Positions 63,020 to 64,000 of a DNA stretch of 64,000 nt are shown here, piece by piece. The number at the start of each line of letters is the position of its first letter. Position 1 is the stretch's first letter. Source of the stretch: Felis catus (Eukaryota); NCBI RefSeq assembly GCF_018350175.1, contig NC_058368.1:14882001-14946000 (forward strand), in the 5' to 3' direction. The notes below the pieces were generated by a model. That model ran no database searches. It worked only from the letters and a program-made list of their open reading frames with translations, and had not been told where the DNA came from. The translations under genes were made by a program, and so were the position numbers.

Positions 63020-64000
63020 ACTTTAAGTTTACAGACTTGTGATAGGTCTGTATCACTCACAACACAAAATAAGTATTTCATTGCATATAAAAATTTAATG
63101 TAACCTTACCTAAATGATCAAAATGAAAGCAACCTTTAAGAGAAAAAATATATAGAATTAAAGAATTGTTAATACAGTGAAACCAAAACTCAATGTGACT
63201 CAAGTGTATTTTCCTTCCAATCATTCCTTTTTCCTAACACCACATAAAGCCTTACAAAAATAATTTGAATTTTGAAGATCCAATCTCATTACTTAGTGTT
63301 TTATTAAGTAACTTTTTGGCCAGACCATACAAAGATCAAATGAAGCAGAAAAAGACACTCAAAGTCACATACGGAAAAAAATAAATAAATAAGTATGCTG
63401 AAATCTATCTACTTAAGGAGACCACCAACAGTTCAAAAGCATGCAAGGCTAATGGTGGCTTTGAAATGCAAATTCTCATAGTTCCAATTTAAAAGTCACA
63501 TTCAGAAAATGTGGCCAACTTAAAAGTCATATGCAGAAATGGCATTGTTGGCAAGTTTCATTGTTCTAGAATTCTAACCTGTGTCTCCATGGAAAGCACT
63601 GAGAACCACTGTTTCTACTTCCTGTTCCCACCCCCACCACACAAGTACACAAAGGTCTTACAATTTACAAAGGATAGCATTAAGCCAATCTCACTTCTTC
63701 CAGGAAAACAACAATCATTCAACTTAAGTCAAAAGGCTGTGGAAATTAAGTAAGGAGATTGACTTACACAGGCATTCCTCAGAGAAAACTGTTTTCCTTT
63801 AACATTCCATTTGCTCCAGTCACCTGGAGTAAGGAACAACGATGCTACCAGATGAAAAGAGACTTGAAGAGAACTGATAGCACCCTACCAACAGCAGGCC
63901 CTGGATAAGCATTAGCTAATGAGGGTGGAGAGGCTTGCAATCCGCCCTCTCTAGATAGTCTTATCTCCAGCATTACAATTTGAGCAATTACTTAGGCATG

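Noticed and set aside
1..64000. CRISPR arrays, tRNA or rRNA genes, prokaryotic operons or defence systems
   Set aside because: The sequence is mammalian. There are no regularly spaced repeat-spacer arrays, and the tRNA-like A/B boxes all belong to SINE heads.

Overview
Mammalian, repeat-rich, AT-rich non-coding DNA, almost certainly from a felid (cat-type tRNA-derived CanSINE/SINEC_Fc elements and cat-type L1 3' ends). I found no recognisable host protein-coding exon, RNA gene or CpG island, so the window reads as intergenic or as the interior of a large intron. The only real protein-coding remnants are from transposons: LINE-1 ORF2 pieces (one young 5'-truncated copy with an uninterrupted 415-codon frame) and a decayed Tigger2 transposase. 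Content: about 31 carnivore SINE copies or fragments, three felid L1 3' fragments, several ancient L1M, L2 and MIR pieces, three LTR remnants (MER31-like, LTR40-like, MLT1A-like), DNA transposon fossils (Tigger2, MER20, MER63, MER46C) and microsatellites. Family names come from my recall of consensus sequences, not from a search. I do not see a new biological system. The most interesting signals are structural scars readable from target-site duplications (TSDs): a micro-inversion between two head-to-head SINEs that left both inner TSD copies flipped, a fold-back/inverted templated junction inside an old L1, a retrotransposition target hit twice, and several nested insertions. Weaker hints point to a minus-strand transcript (short exon candidates, element orientation bias).
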